Origin: an uncultured Gammaproteobacteria bacterium
Lineage (GTDB): Bacteria; Pseudomonadota; Gammaproteobacteria; JABCZS01
Length of the DNA: 64,000 bases
Reading direction: 5' to 3'
NCBI GenBank assembly: GCA_963848305.1
Contig: CAWKDC010000001.1
Span: forward strand, 1,056,001 to 1,120,000
In this document: piece after piece, positions 39,198 through 49,743 of the stretch
How the letters are laid out: every line of letters starts with the position of its first letter
Numbering within the stretch: the stretch's first letter is position 1
Made by a program: the position numbers and the translations under genes
Notes under the pieces: model-generated
What the model was told of the DNA's origin: nothing
The model's input: the letters and a program-made list of their open reading frames with translations, nothing else
Databases searched by the model: none

Positions 39198-40535
39198 ATG
39201 CGTCACATCCTCACCACCTTCACACTGCTCTGCGGTACCGCTTTTGCACAATCCATGCCCACCCATGAATTCACCCTATCGAATGGGCTCAAAGTCCTGG
39301 TGCGCGAAGATCACCGTGCCCCTGTCGCCACAGTTCAATTGTGGTACAAGGTCGGCTCCAGTTACGAGCACAATGGTAACACGGGCTTATCCCACTTGCT
39401 TGAACACATGATGTTCAAAGGCACCAAAGCCTACCCCGAGGGCAAGTTCGCAGACCTCATCACTGAGCGCGGCGGCGTGCTGAATGCATTCACGTATTAC
39501 GATTTTACAGGGTACTACGAATCATTGCCAGTCAATCAGATTAATATTGCCTTCCAACTCGAAGCTGATCGCATGCGCAACATCGACTTTACACATGAGG
39601 CCTTTGCGAAAGAACTTCAAGTGGTGATCGAAGAACGCCGTATGCGCACCGAAGACAATCCGCAAAGTTTGGCCTACGAACGCTTCCAAGCTGTCACTTT
39701 CTTAACCAGCCCTTATCATAACCCGGTGATTGGCTGGATGGCGGATTTGAACCATTTATCTTTTGACAGCGCGCTAGACTGGTATAACCGCTGGTACTAT
39801 CCCAATAACGCCACGCTGATCATTGTCGGGGATGTTGAACCGAAAGCCATGCAATCGCTGGCCGAACAATATTTCGGGAAAATTCCCAATCACGCCATTA
39901 CACCGGTGTTCAGCACACCTGAGCTGCCCGCCATGGGTGAAAAGCGCATGAACCTCAACGTGAACGCAGCATTGCCCGAATTGTTCCTGTCGATTGTTGT
40001 GCCCAGTTATACGGATCCCATCGCCAAAGAAGATGCCGTCGTCCTCGCACTTATCTCACAAATTTTGGATGGTGGATTGAGTGCCCGTTTCGAATCCTCC
40101 CTGGTTCGCAACCAAAACCTGGCGTCGCAGATCAACGCCTCCTACTCGCCTTACATGCGCCTTTCAACCACTTTTGAGGTGAATGCCGTGCCACAAAACG
40201 GCGTCACACTGGATGCGTTAGAACAAGCCATATGGCAAGAAATGACAGCTTTGATCACCACGCCTGTGAGCAGTGCAGATTTGTTGCGGGCGAAAATGCA
40301 ATTCAAAGCCAGTGATGTGTTTGGAAAAGACAGCATCAGCGATCAAGCGATGGAAATCGGTGTCTTAGAAAGCATTGGATTATCTTATCAAGATAAAGAT
40401 GCCTTTTTAACAGCGATCAACCGTGTCGAAGCGGCCGATATTCAAGCCGTAGCACAACGTTATTTCACGCGCGATAAACTCACTGTCGGACGCATTATCC
40501 CTACGCAACACACTCCACTGGAGCAAACACCATGA
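39198..40535 (+). CDS. M16B zinc peptidase, catalytic subunit
   Basis: HLLEH inverted zinc motif, signal peptide. Confidence 0.93.
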   Translation: MRHILTTFTLLCGTAFAQSMPTHEFTLSNGLKVLVREDHRAPVATVQLWYKVGSSYEHNGNTGLSHLLEHMMFKGTKAYPEGKFADLITERGGVLNAFTYYDFTGYYESLPVNQINIAFQLEADRMRNIDFTHEAFAKELQVVIEERRMRTEDNPQSLAYERFQAVTFLTSPYHNPVIGWMADLNHLSFDSALDWYNRWYYPNNATLIIVGDVEPKAMQSLAEQYFGKIPNHAITPVFSTPELPAMGEKRMNLNVNAALPELFLSIVVPSYTDPIAKEDAVVLALISQILDGGLSARFESSLVRNQNLASQINASYSPYMRLSTTFEVNAVPQNGVTLDALEQAIWQEMTALITTPVSSADLLRAKMQFKASDVFGKDSISDQAMEIGVLESIGLSYQDKDAFLTAINRVEAADIQAVAQRYFTRDKLTVGRIIPTQHTPLEQTP

Positions 40536-41911
40536 CGAACCGCTCAAAAAAATGGATGCAATGGGGCATTTTAAGTGCCGTCATTATTGGGGCATTCGCT
40601 TATCTATTCTTGATTCGCGGCTGGGAAATCTCCGCGCTGATGAAACAAGCTTCACTACGGACGGAAAATGGCATGATCCCTATTTACACAGCCAAAGAAA
40701 ACAACGGCGCCACCATCGCGATTGTTCCCATGAAAGAATTACCCATGATCGATATTTTGCTGTGGTTTGATGCCGGCAGCGCACGTGATGATCAACAATG
40801 GGGCATTTCAAATTTAACCGCCCGCCTGATCGGGGAAGACACCACACAACTGAATTCACAAGCCATCCATGATGCATTTGAATCTGTGGGTGCACAATTT
40901 GATGCTTCAAGCTCGCGAGATGTGTTCAGCATTCATTTACGCACATTGTCTGACGATAAAGCACTCGATACGACCGTTAACATGTTAAAAACCGTGTTGA
41001 AAGAAACTACTTTCAAACCAGAAAGTGTGACCCGCGAAAAATCGCGCGTCCTGGCCGCCATTCAATCGAAAGCAGATTCTCCCGCGCAAACCATTTCGGA
41101 TGCTTTCTTCATGAAAATGTATGCCACACATCCCTATGCACATCCCGCGACAGGCACTGCCGAAACGGTATCTGCTATCAGCGAACAAGATTTGCAAACC
41201 TTTTATCAAAACAACATTGTGCAATCGCGTGCGACAGTTGTAGTGGCAGGGGATATCACCAAAGGCGCTGGCAAAAAAATGGCTGAATCATTACTTGCTG
41301 CGCTTCCCGTAGGTGCGCCCGCTCCAGCATTACCCGAGCCCATTTTGCAAGCAGCTTCAACAGATCATATCCACTTTCCTTCTACGCAAACCCATTTGAT
41401 GTTTGGTTTGCCCACACTCGCCAAAGGAAATCCTGATTTTTATGCGATGACATTGGGTAATCATATTTTAGGCGGTTCATCGCTGAACTCTCGTCTCTTC
41501 CATGATGTTCGTGAAAAAGAAGGACTGGCCTACAATGTCAGCAGCCAATTACAAACGCTGCGAGTTCCTGGGCCATTTTATGTTTATTTACAAACGCGCG
41601 CAGATGCCGCGAAAAAAGCATTAGATATTTCGCACGCAACCCTCACGCAATACATGACCACAGGTCCCACTGAAGCAGAAATCAAAGCGGCCAAAGAGAA
41701 TATCACAGGCACGTTTGTGTTATCACTCAGCAGCAATGCGGCGATTGCGGGTCATGTCGCCATGCTCGGTTTTTATGGATTGCCGTGGGATTATACGGAT
41801 CATTTCGCTGAACGCATCAACGCCGTGTCGCATCAAGACATTCTCACCGCATTTCAGAAGTATATTCAACCCGATCATTTCACAGAAGTTGTATTAGGCA
41901 ATGGCCCATAA
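40532..41911 (+). CDS. M16B peptidase, non-catalytic partner subunit
   Basis: DAGSARD, SRLF..VRE..GLAY; lacks HxxEH; N-terminal TM. Confidence 0.9.
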   Translation: MTNRSKKWMQWGILSAVIIGAFAYLFLIRGWEISALMKQASLRTENGMIPIYTAKENNGATIAIVPMKELPMIDILLWFDAGSARDDQQWGISNLTARLIGEDTTQLNSQAIHDAFESVGAQFDASSSRDVFSIHLRTLSDDKALDTTVNMLKTVLKETTFKPESVTREKSRVLAAIQSKADSPAQTISDAFFMKMYATHPYAHPATGTAETVSAISEQDLQTFYQNNIVQSRATVVVAGDITKGAGKKMAESLLAALPVGAPAPALPEPILQAASTDHIHFPSTQTHLMFGLPTLAKGNPDFYAMTLGNHILGGSSLNSRLFHDVREKEGLAYNVSSQLQTLRVPGPFYVYLQTRADAAKKALDISHATLTQYMTTGPTEAEIKAAKENITGTFVLSLSSNAAIAGHVAMLGFYGLPWDYTDHFAERINAVSHQDILTAFQKYIQPDHFTEVVLGNGP

Positions 41912-42455
41912 TCAAGTTCGCATCATTGGCGGCCAATGGCGCTCACGTCGCTTGAATTTCCCGCCTTTGCCGGGCTTGCGCCCGACGCCCGATCGCGTGC
42001 GTGAAACAGTCTTCAATTGGCTCTCTCCCGTGATCCACGGTGCACGTTGTTTAGATGTGTTTGCCGGCAGCGGCGCATTGGGGTTTGAAGCTTTATCACG
42101 CGGCGCGAAACACACCGTTTTTTTAGATGCATCACGTGAAGTCATTGACAGCATTGTCGCTAATGCAGGATTATTAAAAACGGATCAGTTTGAAACACAT
42201 TGTACCGATGCACTCACCTGGTTAAAGCGCGAACCGGATCAACCGTTTGATATTATATTTTTAGATCCGCCGTATGCATTATCTTTAATAGCGCCTTGTT
42301 TGGATTTGCTCGATAAAAATCATTTTTTAACACCTCAGACATTGATTTATGTGGAGGATGATAAACCCATTCCCGATGTCCCAGGATTTGAGAAACATCG
42401 GGAAGCGCGGGCGGGGCAAGTATACTACAGTCTATTGATAAACCGTCCTGCTTGA
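41901..42455 (+). CDS. rsmD: 16S rRNA m2G966 methyltransferase
   Basis: LRPTPDRVRETVFNWL, FAGSGALG.EALSRG, DPPY. Confidence 0.97.
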   Translation: MAHNQVRIIGGQWRSRRLNFPPLPGLRPTPDRVRETVFNWLSPVIHGARCLDVFAGSGALGFEALSRGAKHTVFLDASREVIDSIVANAGLLKTDQFETHCTDALTWLKREPDQPFDIIFLDPPYALSLIAPCLDLLDKNHFLTPQTLIYVEDDKPIPDVPGFEKHREARAGQVYYSLLINRPA

Positions 42456-42496
42456 AACGCTTCTTGCACCATTAGGTGTAGGGGCGGAGCAACCTA

Positions 42497-43270
42497 TTAT
42501 GAGAAGCTGATCCCAATATACACCGAAATATTATCACCGGTATTAACGCCTGAAAATTGCTCATCTCCTCCACCCAATATACCCCCAAAAGTACCAACAA
42601 ACCCCATCAAGAAAAAATTATCCGATTTTCCTAAACGATAACGCCCATCTAGGCCTAGCTGAAGCAATATTTGAGTTTCATTGGTCGTGACAGGCTTGTA
42701 GTCTTCGAAATCAAGATCATACATTTGATACGTGATCACCGGGCCAAATTTAAAGGTCGTGATATATTTATCAGCTGCTGCATAAGCGGACATCGTGAAT
42801 AGCATAGGCACCTCGACCTCGCTGGTTTTTAAGGAACCTGATTCAATACACAGGGGGGCATTTAGACAGCGTTGTTTAGCGAGCACGAAGTCAGTTTTGA
42901 CAGGCGAAGTGTACAGCAACCCTGTTTGAAAACCCGCACGCCAATACGAAGTGGAAACAATCTGATATTGACCATCGACCAACAACCCAATCACACCACC
43001 CAATTCGGTACGATCTGCTGCAATGCTGTTATTATTGAGATTAAATTCATTATCTATATTCTCAATAAAATTTGTATCGATCTGAATGATATCTCGATAG
43101 TTAATGCCAATGATAGGCGAATAAAAATATTCAGCATGACTGCGACCGACCTTTTCAACCACTTCCACATTGGCATCTACCACCGGAATGTTTGGTGATG
43201 CAGAAGCAGCTCCCACATAAATCAGGGACAAGAGCACCGTTGGGATTGATACATATTTAAATAAGTTCAT
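42497..43270 (-). CDS. Secreted/outer-membrane hypothetical protein (paralog B)
   Basis: Signal peptide, amphipathic beta strands, ends VYIGISFS. Confidence 0.75.
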   Translation of the reverse strand: MNLFKYVSIPTVLLSLIYVGAASASPNIPVVDANVEVVEKVGRSHAEYFYSPIIGINYRDIIQIDTNFIENIDNEFNLNNNSIAADRTELGGVIGLLVDGQYQIVSTSYWRAGFQTGLLYTSPVKTDFVLAKQRCLNAPLCIESGSLKTSEVEVPMLFTMSAYAAADKYITTFKFGPVITYQMYDLDFEDYKPVTTNETQILLQLGLDGRYRLGKSDNFFLMGFVGTFGGILGGGDEQFSGVNTGDNISVYIGISFS

Positions 43271-43284
43271 CTATAACTCCTTGT

Positions 43285-44025
43285 TTAAGAAAAACTGATG
43301 CCAATGTAAACGCCAAAGCCTGTGCCAGCATCTACACCTGAAAATCCACCATTACCGCCACCTCCCATGGAGAATGTCGTTTGGAAACCCGTTAGAAAGA
43401 AATTGTCAGATTTACCTAAACGGTATCGACCATCTATCCCAATTTGAAATTGAGCTTGAAATTCATTCTGCGGATCTGCGTCAAAATCAGATAGTTCGAT
43501 ATCATACATCTGATATGAAATCACTGGACCCAGTTTTGCTGTGGTGATATATTTGTCTGAAGCTGCGTAACGTGCAAATGTAAACATCATGGGCACATTC
43601 ATCGAGCTTATTTTCAATGTCCCGTTCGGGATACAATCATTTCCGGGACAATCCCCCGCAAACTCACTCTCGGCAGGGGAATTATAATAAAAGCCGGTTT
43701 GAAAACCCGCACGCCAGTATTCTGTGGCCAAAATCTGGTATTGTCCATCGACCAATAAGCCAATCACGCCGCCCAATTCGGTATGAGTAACAGACAATGA
43801 ATTACCCGATTGATTAGGATCGCCATTGACGAAAGAGTTGCTGATTTGAGTCACATCGATATAGTTGATACCAATGATGGGTGAATAAAAATATTCTGTC
43901 GTGCTGCGGCCAACTTTATCAACCAAATCCAGCTTGACATCCACCACGGGGGGATGGGCTGGGGCTGCATGGGCAGTGGCCATCACGGCGCCATATAATA
44001 TCGAAGCGGCAAAGGAAAGACGCAT
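43285..44025 (-). CDS. Secreted/outer-membrane hypothetical protein (paralog A)
   Basis: AGGAGG RBS; shares EYFYSPIIGINY, YWRAGFQTG, DGRYRLGKSDNFFL with the neighbour. Confidence 0.75.
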   Translation of the reverse strand: MRLSFAASILYGAVMATAHAAPAHPPVVDVKLDLVDKVGRSTTEYFYSPIIGINYIDVTQISNSFVNGDPNQSGNSLSVTHTELGGVIGLLVDGQYQILATEYWRAGFQTGFYYNSPAESEFAGDCPGNDCIPNGTLKISSMNVPMMFTFARYAASDKYITTAKLGPVISYQMYDIELSDFDADPQNEFQAQFQIGIDGRYRLGKSDNFFLTGFQTTFSMGGGGNGGFSGVDAGTGFGVYIGISFS

Positions 44026-44149
44026 AAAACCTCCTTGTTTTAAATGAAACCTGCGGCACTGTGCCATAGATATGAACACTTTGTCAACTTTTTTGACTGG
44101 TTAACTACGGAAGTTGCGATTGACTCTCAGTTCGGGTATAGTGGCTCTC

Positions 44150-45307
44150 ATGAAAAACAGTTTTCAAACCGAGATCCTTCATCAACATGCCCATTCCCAC
44201 GCGCGGATCACCCAGGTATCCACGCCCCATGGGGCATTCGTCACGCCCGCTTTTATGCCCGTGGGCACGCGTGCTGCTGTTAATTGCATGTCGGCCGACC
44301 AATTGGAGGCTTCCGGCTCCCAGATTATTTTGGGCGGCAATACCTATCATATGCTGGTCTCCCCAGGAATGGATGTCCTCAAGGCGGCCGGTGGCATGCA
44401 CACCTTCATGGGGTGGGATAAACCCATGCTCACGGACAGCGGCGGGTTTCAGGTGTTCAGCCTTTCACAGAATTCCAAAATTTGTCGGATTGACCAGCAA
44501 GGCGCTCACTTCAAACACCCGACCACAGGCAAGGTGGTGCATTTAACGCCTGAATCCTCGATTGAAACACAAAAAATCATTGGCGCTGATATTATCATGG
44601 CCTTTGATGAATGCACCCCCGAAAACGGTGGGCGCGACGCGGCATTGGCTGCCATGGAACGCACGCAACGTTGGTTGCTTCAATCAAAAGAAGCCCACGA
44701 AAAACAACCGAATTCAGCATATGGTTTCAGACAAGCCCTTTTTGGTATTATTCAAGGCGGCAGTTTTCGCGATCTGCGCGAAGCATGTGCACAGCATGTG
44801 GTTGACATGGATCTCGATGGCATTGCGATCGGTGGTGAAGCGATTGGTTTTGAAATGGGCAAAACCTGTGAAATCATCGATTGGGTTCGCCCACTGTTAC
44901 CAGAACACAAAGTCCGTTACACCATGGGTGTCGGTTTAAATCCGCAAGATTTGATTGATGTCGTGAAATGCGGCATTGATATTTTCGATTGCGTCGCACC
45001 GACTCGGAATGCTCGCCACGGTTCTCTTTACCATGGATTTGCGGTGAAAGATGGCGATTGGGTTAAATTTGAAAGTGAAGAAGAAAAATCCCGCATCCTG
45101 ATTAAGAAAGCGATTTACGCATCCGACGATCGCCCCCTGTTAGAAGGCTGTGATTGTTATACGTGTCAGCATCATTCTCGTGCTTATTTACATTTTTTAT
45201 TCAAGCAAAGCCAAGCGCTTTATTCCACATTGGCTTGTATTCACAATATTCGCGTGATGCAGAAGACGTGTGAGGTGATGAGGGCGGAAATTGTGCAACA
45301 ATTGTAG
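44150..45307 (+). CDS. tgt: tRNA-guanine transglycosylase
   Basis: TPAFMPVGT, TDSGGFQVFSL, FGIIQGG, DIFDCVAPTRNAR, CDCYTC zinc site. Confidence 0.96.
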   Translation: MKNSFQTEILHQHAHSHARITQVSTPHGAFVTPAFMPVGTRAAVNCMSADQLEASGSQIILGGNTYHMLVSPGMDVLKAAGGMHTFMGWDKPMLTDSGGFQVFSLSQNSKICRIDQQGAHFKHPTTGKVVHLTPESSIETQKIIGADIIMAFDECTPENGGRDAALAAMERTQRWLLQSKEAHEKQPNSAYGFRQALFGIIQGGSFRDLREACAQHVVDMDLDGIAIGGEAIGFEMGKTCEIIDWVRPLLPEHKVRYTMGVGLNPQDLIDVVKCGIDIFDCVAPTRNARHGSLYHGFAVKDGDWVKFESEEEKSRILIKKAIYASDDRPLLEGCDCYTCQHHSRAYLHFLFKQSQALYSTLACIHNIRVMQKTCEVMRAEIVQQL

Positions 45308-45354
45308 GGGCACGAGATTGTCCAAACAGAACCGTTCCGTGAATAGTCGAAAAT

Positions 45355-45380
45355 CTAAAAAAAGCCCCGCATAGCGGGGC
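45355..45380 (-). terminator. Intrinsic terminator
   Basis: GCCCCGC/GCGGGGC hairpin with a T7 tract on the minus strand. Confidence 0.7.
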
Positions 45381-45608
45381 AAATCCTGTCTCTATGGAAT
45401 TGAAGCTTAATGCTTCATAAACTCACGGAGATCCATTTCTTCAAGGCAAATGCCTTTTTCCTTGCTTTGATCTTTCCATTTGCTTGCGGACCATTTTTTG
45501 TCCAAAGCCCTGGAAATTTCACCCGTATGGGCTTTGAAACAGCTTTGCAGCGCATCAAAGTTTGGCGAGGTGTTGTAACATTTACGCAAGGCATCTTGTG
45601 TGATCGAA

Positions 45609-47484
45609 CAGCAGTTCCCGCCAAGCAAATGCTATTATCCAAACTCATTCTCATGATCGGTGTTTAGGAATTTAGGGCGAGCAAAAGCTTCTAATAGAAT
45701 TTAGATAAGATTATTAAAGTTATTTTTTCTGGCTCAAAAATCAAAAAATCATTCGACACTACTTACGCACGTTGATCCAACAGCTTAACTATCAATAATG
45801 AGCTGCGCCCCATATTCTCCGCCACTGGATATAGCCGTAAATAAATCATGCCAACTTTCAATAAAATAACACATAAAAAATGCGCGCATTCTTTCCCATA
45901 GCGACGTTCGAGACCGATATCTTTCTCGAGCTTGCTTAAAAAGATGACAGCTTAATTCTTGAACTTGATCTACAAAAAAAGCCAACAACATAAGCATGCC
46001 AAAAATCGTGCAAAGATTTTTATATCCATGGCCAAAATTGTGTGAAAAATGATAATTTTGATTTTTGAGCGTATTAAATGCATTATTTTCTATTTTCCAG
46101 TTTGAACGTCCTCCTCTCATGATGTCATATAAATTCTCTTGCGTAATTTGAATATCGGTAACCCAGCTAAAATGTTGCACTTTCCCTTTCTTATCTGTCT
46201 CCCAATATTCCAAAAAATTAACCTTAAAATCAGGGTGGCTTCTATTAAGCGGCGCCTGATTTCTATAGCGATAACGGTGTGTTTTTCCATCTGTCGTGCT
46301 CTGACAGTATTCCGTGCAGTCAGCACCTTCAAGCCATTCAAATAAAAATTCATGATCACCTGGCTTAACACCCACAATATAACGCATATCTAAGGCATTT
46401 AAATCTCGCAAATGAGGCACATTAGAAGCCAGCGCGTCTTCAACAACAATAAATTTTAAATGTGGGTGCTCGCGTCTGGCATCAGAATATAAGCGCTTAG
46501 CTGCATTTCGTTCACAATCATTCTTTGTACATCCATCTGTCTTTGCAATCGCTTCAGGGGCAAGTGGTAACACTATTTTTTTGTCAGGATGTACAATAGC
46601 CGCACAAAACATATTGTGATAATAATGAACCTGCTCATCAGGCTGTGGCAGCCGATAGTGCTCCGTCAGCATCTCATGGATAAGCACATGCTCTGTCTCG
46701 AGTAAATCTCGTTTTGTTCTACCTTTTAACAGTGCGTTTAATTCAGGCAGCGCGTTCAGATCAATCATCAGCCACTGTTTCTTCCCATCTACAAAATATA
46801 GCGTCCATTCATCCCCCCATGGAGAATCAATAGGCTTAATCAACACATAAGTATTTTTTTTGGCAGTTTTAGGGCGCTTTGATCGAATGATGACGTGACA
46901 TTGACCATAGTGTTTGCTGCAACAGTTTTCACAATGCACGCTAGGCGATGAAAAAAAACCAGTCCCATCCCCAGCTAACAAATAATGTCCTTTCAGTAAA
47001 TATTCAAATTCTTCCAGCGCTTTCCCACGTTGCACACATGCAAATACCCGCTTAAATGCTTGCCTAACTGCATTAGGCTCTACCTCATCACAGCGCTCTC
47101 GCATATAGGTGTCACAGGGCGCTTGTTCCACTCCAAATAATGTACGTAAATTATGTCGAGTTATTTTTTCACTTAAGCTTTCATCAAATTTCAATAACGA
47201 AGGATATTTTAAAGAAAAAACTGCTAAACCGGACATTAGACAATCAACTAATGTAATAGGCGTGCCTCGTTCAACACGTGCATGAGGCAGATCAATTTTC
47301 GCAAATTGATTGCGAATTATGCCGAGCAGCCCATTCGCCGATAAATATTTTTTTGGTAATTTCATTAACTAACCTTCCTTGGTATGTGCTCATGTTAGAA
47401 ACACTATATTATCCAAAAAGTTTACGAAATGAAATTTAAAAATTACCTATTTATCAAGCGTTTTTTACTTGGCGGGAACTGCTG
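45609..47484 (-). mobile_element. Complete insertion sequence (ISNCY/IS4-like DDE)
   Basis: Perfect 17-bp TIRs CAGCAGTTCCCGCCAAG; 9-bp target duplication GTGATCGAA at 45600-45608 and 47485-47493. Confidence 0.95.
45785..47365 (-). CDS. DDE transposase
   Basis: DCLMSGLAVFSLKYPSLL.F, DGTGFFSS, K.DCE.NAAKR, EDAL, R.NWKIENNAFNTLKNQ.Y...HNFGHG. Confidence 0.93.
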   Translation of the reverse strand: MKLPKKYLSANGLLGIIRNQFAKIDLPHARVERGTPITLVDCLMSGLAVFSLKYPSLLKFDESLSEKITRHNLRTLFGVEQAPCDTYMRERCDEVEPNAVRQAFKRVFACVQRGKALEEFEYLLKGHYLLAGDGTGFFSSPSVHCENCCSKHYGQCHVIIRSKRPKTAKKNTYVLIKPIDSPWGDEWTLYFVDGKKQWLMIDLNALPELNALLKGRTKRDLLETEHVLIHEMLTEHYRLPQPDEQVHYYHNMFCAAIVHPDKKIVLPLAPEAIAKTDGCTKNDCERNAAKRLYSDARREHPHLKFIVVEDALASNVPHLRDLNALDMRYIVGVKPGDHEFLFEWLEGADCTEYCQSTTDGKTHRYRYRNQAPLNRSHPDFKVNFLEYWETDKKGKVQHFSWVTDIQITQENLYDIMRGGRSNWKIENNAFNTLKNQNYHFSHNFGHGYKNLCTIFGMLMLLAFFVDQVQELSCHLFKQARERYRSRTSLWERMRAFFMCYFIESWHDLFTAISSGGEYGAQLIIDS

Positions 47485-47813
47485 GTGATCGAACAGCGTA
47501 TATGTTCGCCACCTTTATTGGCATCTACAAATAATAAATGCTGATTCTGATCGAAGCGTATTTGACCAAAAGTAATGGTCGCTAAACCACCCTTTTGTTG
47601 ACCGTATTGTTTATCTTTATGCAACAATGGGTTAACCTTGTTTTCCCTTTTCATTTCACCCTTGATTTTGCCATTCAATGGCACTGCTTTACGGGTGGTT
47701 GCAGTTTCGCGTGTGCTTGCGGGTCTTTCTCTACTCATGATCGTTACTCCAATCGTTAATGAGAATGCAGGGTTTATGGTCATTCATTCGATTGACATAT
47801 TCCCTCTCGTACA

Positions 47814-48593
47814 TTAACTTTGGACCACGAACTTAGTTTTGTCAAATGACATATAAATCTCATACCTGACCAATCCTGCGAGGATGTTTACATGGGGAGT
47901 CTGGCTATATATAGGGTCAGCCTTGGCCCGTTTGACGACCAATTTTGGGATTTTGTCTAGCACTTTCAATAAGATATCGCTTGAAGGCTCTTCCCCCAAT
48001 AGCAGGTGCATGATTTGCATGTCCTTTTTCACGAGCGCGCTTTTTTGACGGGGAAGGAACATGGGATCGTAATAAGCCACATCAAAGGTGCCGGATGTGA
48101 GTGACTCCAAAAAAGCTTCAGCATCCGTTTTTATCACTGCCATACGTTTTCCTATGGCAGATTCGTCAGGATCCTGACGCAATGCGTCAACCGCCTCCTG
48201 CAGCAATAATGCCAATACGGGATTGCGCTCCAACAGCGTGACGGTTGCACCGCAATAGGCGATCCAGTGCGCATCTTTTCCTAAACCTGCGCTCATGTCT
48301 AACACCCTCGAGGACGGATTTTTATGCAGTCCCAATGCGCGTGAGAGGGGATCTTTTTTCCGTGTGCGTTTTGAACGGCGTTCAATATAAGCAGCAGATA
48401 AAAAATCGATGTGCCAATCCATCACGGAAAGCTTTGCTCCTCTCAAGAAGGATGATTGGCTATCCACCATTAAAATAAGTGAATGTTCTTGCCAATCCTC
48501 TTTGAAGGGAAGCGCCAAATCTTTTGCGATTTGTTTTGCGCGTTCGACCGCGTTATCATTAACAGCACACACCACGATACGATCAGACAACAT
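47814..48593 (-). CDS. rsmJ: 16S rRNA m2G1516 methyltransferase-like SAM methyltransferase
   Basis: VLDMSAGLGKDA, ERNP, YYDPMF...KSALVKKDM, VVKR. Confidence 0.88.
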   Translation of the reverse strand: MLSDRIVVCAVNDNAVERAKQIAKDLALPFKEDWQEHSLILMVDSQSSFLRGAKLSVMDWHIDFLSAAYIERRSKRTRKKDPLSRALGLHKNPSSRVLDMSAGLGKDAHWIAYCGATVTLLERNPVLALLLQEAVDALRQDPDESAIGKRMAVIKTDAEAFLESLTSGTFDVAYYDPMFLPRQKSALVKKDMQIMHLLLGEEPSSDILLKVLDKIPKLVVKRAKADPIYSQTPHVNILAGLVRYEIYMSFDKTKFVVQS

Positions 48594-49290
48594 TGCGTGA
48601 TATTCCTGTGGCAATTAACCCAATCAATCCGCCAAATACGCCGCCCCACACCACCAACCATCCTAAATGTTTGCGGATCATGTCGGAAACAATTTTTTTC
48701 ACCATTTGAGGCGTGAGCTCATCGAGCCGCGTTTGAATGATTCGAGAAACTTTGTCATGAATGGCGATTGAATCCATCGATGCACGTATTTTAGCTTGAA
48801 GGGCTGATTGGAAGGCTTCACTGTGAGCGATACCTTTCATCTCCGATCGTAATTTTTCCAGAAACGATTCACGAAAACTTTCCAACACTTTTGCGCCACC
48901 AAACATATTGATCATAGACCCAAACTGGGAATTTAAAATCAGCTCGACAAAAGCATCAAACGTGTGTGAAATATCAACGGATTCCAACATGTCATCAAAA
49001 TGCATGGCTTGAATAGATTGTGCATCAAAAAAACGTGTAATATTTTCTGGGTTGAAAAACTGCGTCATGATCATCTGATAAATACCTGCTTTGAATTCTT
49101 CAAAGCGCGCGGGAATCACCCCCGATCCATACAAACCAGGCACTTTTTCGAATAACATATAAATCGCAAGATCATTGGTGATTGAGCCAGACAGCGCGAA
49201 CAAACCAATATTCAGCGTGTAAGGTTCATTCAAAAAATACCCTGTGGCGACGAATAATATGGCGACGAGGTGGGTGAGGGTATATTTCAT
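48583..49290 (-). CDS. DUF445-family membrane protein
   Basis: GLFALSG.ITN.LAI.MLFEKVPGLYGSGVIP; HLGWLVVWGGVFGGLIG. Confidence 0.88.
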   Translation of the reverse strand: MKYTLTHLVAILFVATGYFLNEPYTLNIGLFALSGSITNDLAIYMLFEKVPGLYGSGVIPARFEEFKAGIYQMIMTQFFNPENITRFFDAQSIQAMHFDDMLESVDISHTFDAFVELILNSQFGSMINMFGGAKVLESFRESFLEKLRSEMKGIAHSEAFQSALQAKIRASMDSIAIHDKVSRIIQTRLDELTPQMVKKIVSDMIRKHLGWLVVWGGVFGGLIGLIATGISRNVV

Positions 49291-49398
49291 GGCATTTTCC
49301 CGTTAATTTTTCTCATTATATACCGTATCCATGGCGCATGGGCGACGTTTATGGCATGATCAGGATAGTTTGAACTTTAATATGTATGGTAGGTAACT

Positions 49399-49629
49399 AT
49401 GAAATCACCCGATGAACAGTCCCTTATTAACCGCCTGCTGGCCGCCCTGCCCGCCATGAGCGATGAAGTCAAAGCCATGATCCGTGAGAAATGGCAAAGC
49501 GTCTTGTCTGAACAAGGTTTTGTGACACGCGAGGCATTTGACGTGCAAACCAAAGTGTTGGCACGCACCCGCGAGAAGGTTGAGGCGTTGGAAAAGCAAG
49601 TGCGAGAGATTGAGGAAAGGATTAAATAG
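49399..49629 (+). CDS. ubiK: Ubiquinone biosynthesis accessory factor
   Basis: VTREAFDVQTKVLARTREKVEALE; upstream of comM as usual. Confidence 0.88.
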   Translation: MKSPDEQSLINRLLAALPAMSDEVKAMIREKWQSVLSEQGFVTREAFDVQTKVLARTREKVEALEKQVREIEERIK

Positions 49630-49743
49630 TGGGCACCTGCGGTGCATGGGCGGAAATATCCGCCCCTACAGATTACAATTGCTTTTTTTTAAAATCCATG
49701 TTAATTTCTCGCCCAAGAATAACAACAATAAGCGAGTCTCTTC

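Larger units (their letters stand above)
45407..47738 (-). pseudogene. Gene interrupted by the IS; reconstructed product DUF1488-like
   Basis: Removing the IS and one TSD joins ...DANKGGEHIRCSIT (47485-47738) in frame to QDALRKCY...FKAHTGEISRALDKKW (45407-45599). Confidence 0.8.

Noticed and set aside
44150-45307. Queuine-inserting (eukaryote-type) TGT
   Set aside because: GGEAIG differs from GGLAVG, but the Cys in DECT and a bulky residue at the Val233-equivalent site are retained; specificity cannot be called.
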